Below are positions 62,283 through 64,000 of a DNA stretch of 64,000 nt, piece by piece. The first letter of the stretch is position 1. Each line of letters begins with the position of its first letter. The translations under genes were made by a program, and so were the position numbers. The stretch covers positions 1,120,001-1,184,000 of the forward strand of contig CAWFGE010000013.1 in assembly GCA_963815195.1 (NCBI GenBank), read 5' to 3'. Origin of the DNA: an uncultured Planctomycetaceae bacterium. Lineage in GTDB: Bacteria > Planctomycetota > Planctomycetia > Planctomycetales > Planctomycetaceae. The notes below the pieces were generated by a model. That model worked only from the letters and a program-made list of their open reading frames with translations. It was not told where the DNA came from and did not search any database.

Positions 62283-62354
62283 TGAGCCGCGCACGTAGTA
62301 AGCGGTTTTCAAGATCTCAGAAATCGTAATACCGCTTACTACGTGCGCGGCTCA
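62283..62354. repeat. REP-like 24-bp inverted repeat (GAGCCGCGCACG family)
   Basis: TGAGCCGCGCACGTAGTAAGCGGT / ACCGCTTACTACGTGCGCGGCTCA. Confidence 0.88.
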
Positions 62355-62422
62355 GCCGTTTTTTCGTATGGATTATCGCCATCCGGCCGAGGGATGCAAT
62401 CGTACTTTTCGAAAGATTGCCC

Positions 62423-62692
62423 TCATCCCTTCCGGCCGCCTTTTTGCCAGTTGATGCGGTTGTGGGTGAGGATGCCGTTCCGGAGGGCGCACTGCAGGCA
62501 GACTTTTTCGTCATCATGCTGCAGATAGACTTCGCCGTGCATCAACAAGTGGAAAAAATCCTCGCCGGGCTTTTTGTGAAAGCAGAACTCCTTCTCCCAG
62601 TTCTGCTTGACATGCGCGGCCCAGCCCTCGGGAGCGGACAGATAAGCCCGGACATCGGGGACATCGTCTTCGGTGGGATCTGTTTCGGCCAT
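62423..62692 (-). CDS. small hypothetical protein, possibly metal-binding
   Basis: GAGGTG RBS; Cys/His residues and CLQC. Confidence 0.65.
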   Translation of the reverse strand: MAETDPTEDDVPDVRAYLSAPEGWAAHVKQNWEKEFCFHKKPGEDFFHLLMHGEVYLQHDDEKVCLQCALRNGILTHNRINWQKGGRKG

Positions 62693-62718
62693 CACATCAC
62701 CTCGCAGGAAATAATGTC

Positions 62719-63777
62719 TCAACCGTCGCTCGGCAACTCGACGTTCAGGGACTTCGCCAGATCGACGAGGGCCGACCAGTTTCCTTCATCGAGCGGGATG
62801 CCTTCCGCGGAACGCTGTTTCAAAACCCGGCGTTCCGGGTCGCCGGGGAGCGTGATATTCTCGACTCCCTCGATCCGTGGAACGCTGCGGACGTAGTCTT
62901 CCAATTGGCTGACCTCTTTGGCGAGATGATCCCGGCCCGCGAGCTGATTGGGATCGATCACGACGAACAGGGCGCAGTTGCCGATGGGCGGGGGCGGATC
63001 GGGATAGGCGCACATGCCGCCGGAGAGCGCCCCGCAGAGCATCTCGATCATAAACGCGAGCCCGAAGCCTTTGTAAGCCTGGTCGCCGCCCATCGGGAGG
63101 ATCGTGCCCGGCGGATCGCCGTAGAGCTGGTTGGGGTCGGTCGTGGGTTTTCCGTCGGGATCCAACAGCCAACCGGGCGGGACCTGTTGGCCGGCGATGC
63201 GTTTCACGCGGACTTTGCCCTCGGCGGTCGCACTCGTGCCGAAGTCCAGAATAAACGGGCCTTCCTTGCCGCCGGGAAAGCCGATGCACAAGGGATTGGT
63301 CCCCAACCGGGGCCGTTTTCCGCCGACGGGCGCGACCCGCGGGGCGGCACCGTGGGTGTTTGCGCAAATGAGGGCGATCATCTGTTTCTCGGCGGCCATT
63401 TCCGCGTATTCGCCCAACCGGCCGATGTGGGCCGACTGCCGGAGTGTGCCGCAGGCAATGCCCGCCAAAGCGGCTTTTTGCATCAGGCGTTCGGTCAGAT
63501 CCCTTGAAAGCACCTGCCCGAATCCCCACCCGCCGTCGCAAACGAGGGCGCTCGCCGTTTCGTGGACGACTTTAAGCGTTGCCCCGGAATGCAGCCGGCC
63601 TTCCTGGACCTGTTTGACGTAAAACGGAATCCGCATCACGCCGTGGGAATCGTGCCCGCGGAGGTTGGCTTCGACGAGGCTCCGGCCGACGATCTGGGCT
63701 TCTTCCTCGTTCGCCCCGCCCGCGGAGAGCAGCGAGACTCCAAAATTCAACAGCACTTCGCGAGATAAAGTCGGCAA
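62719..63777 (-). CDS. Ldh_2 (malate/L-lactate/sulfolactate dehydrogenase) family oxidoreductase
   Basis: GHDSHG, HIGRLG, GTNP, YKGFGL, LPG. Confidence 0.92.
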   Translation of the reverse strand: MPTLSREVLLNFGVSLLSAGGANEEEAQIVGRSLVEANLRGHDSHGVMRIPFYVKQVQEGRLHSGATLKVVHETASALVCDGGWGFGQVLSRDLTERLMQKAALAGIACGTLRQSAHIGRLGEYAEMAAEKQMIALICANTHGAAPRVAPVGGKRPRLGTNPLCIGFPGGKEGPFILDFGTSATAEGKVRVKRIAGQQVPPGWLLDPDGKPTTDPNQLYGDPPGTILPMGGDQAYKGFGLAFMIEMLCGALSGGMCAYPDPPPPIGNCALFVVIDPNQLAGRDHLAKEVSQLEDYVRSVPRIEGVENITLPGDPERRVLKQRSAEGIPLDEGNWSALVDLAKSLNVELPSDG

Positions 63778-64000
63778 CGGTTCGGCTCCTTTTTCAGAGG
63801 CCAGAGGTCAGGGATCGGAGGTCAGTTTTATTTTCACCGAGCATAACGCAAGACACCCGGCGGCTCCAAGTCAGAGCCGCCGGGTGCGGGAAATTTGTCA
63901 GTCGTCCGTTGAAATTGGTCCGTTGTCACTAGGATCCCAAGACACTTTGGGAGTAATCCGCCATTACGCTGGTCGGCTCGCCTTTTCTGACCTCTGACCT

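Noticed and set aside
62423..62692. Small gene as the retron effector
   Set aside because: It follows the Ldh-family gene by 26 bp and is separated from the ncRNA by a REP hairpin; no toxin motif is visible; cannot be excluded without synteny data

Overview
GC-rich bacterial chromosomal window, very probably from a planctomycete: it has four DUF1559 prepilin-like genes, two PSCyt/DUF1549/DUF1553 genes, two DUF1501 genes and many REP-like palindromes. All family assignments are from motif recognition by eye; no searches were run. Most genes are metabolic or housekeeping (folM-like SDR-folB-folK, asnB, glgX, dgoD-like, hom, UbiD, Ldh-family). Highlights: (1) an intact, apparently effector-less retron at about 60.4-62.2 kb on the minus strand, made of a YADD/VTG reverse transcriptase with a long N-terminal extension and a readable msr-msd ncRNA (a1/a2 repeats, candidate branch G, 22-bp perfect msd stem), bracketed by REP-type elements and a 234-bp-period tandem duplication; (2) two convergent DUF1559 loci under nutrient-sensing control, one behind a cobalamin riboswitch in a B12-uptake-like operon and one behind a His-rich CxxC...RGPP (DUF2946/CruR-like) leader, positions usually held by TonB-dependent receptors; (3) a cfa-like methyltransferase plus geranylgeranyl-reductase-like pair suggesting methyl-branched lipid synthesis; (4) several repeat families, some supplying gene stop codons. 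About nine frameshifts in eight otherwise intact genes most likely reflect assembly indels.
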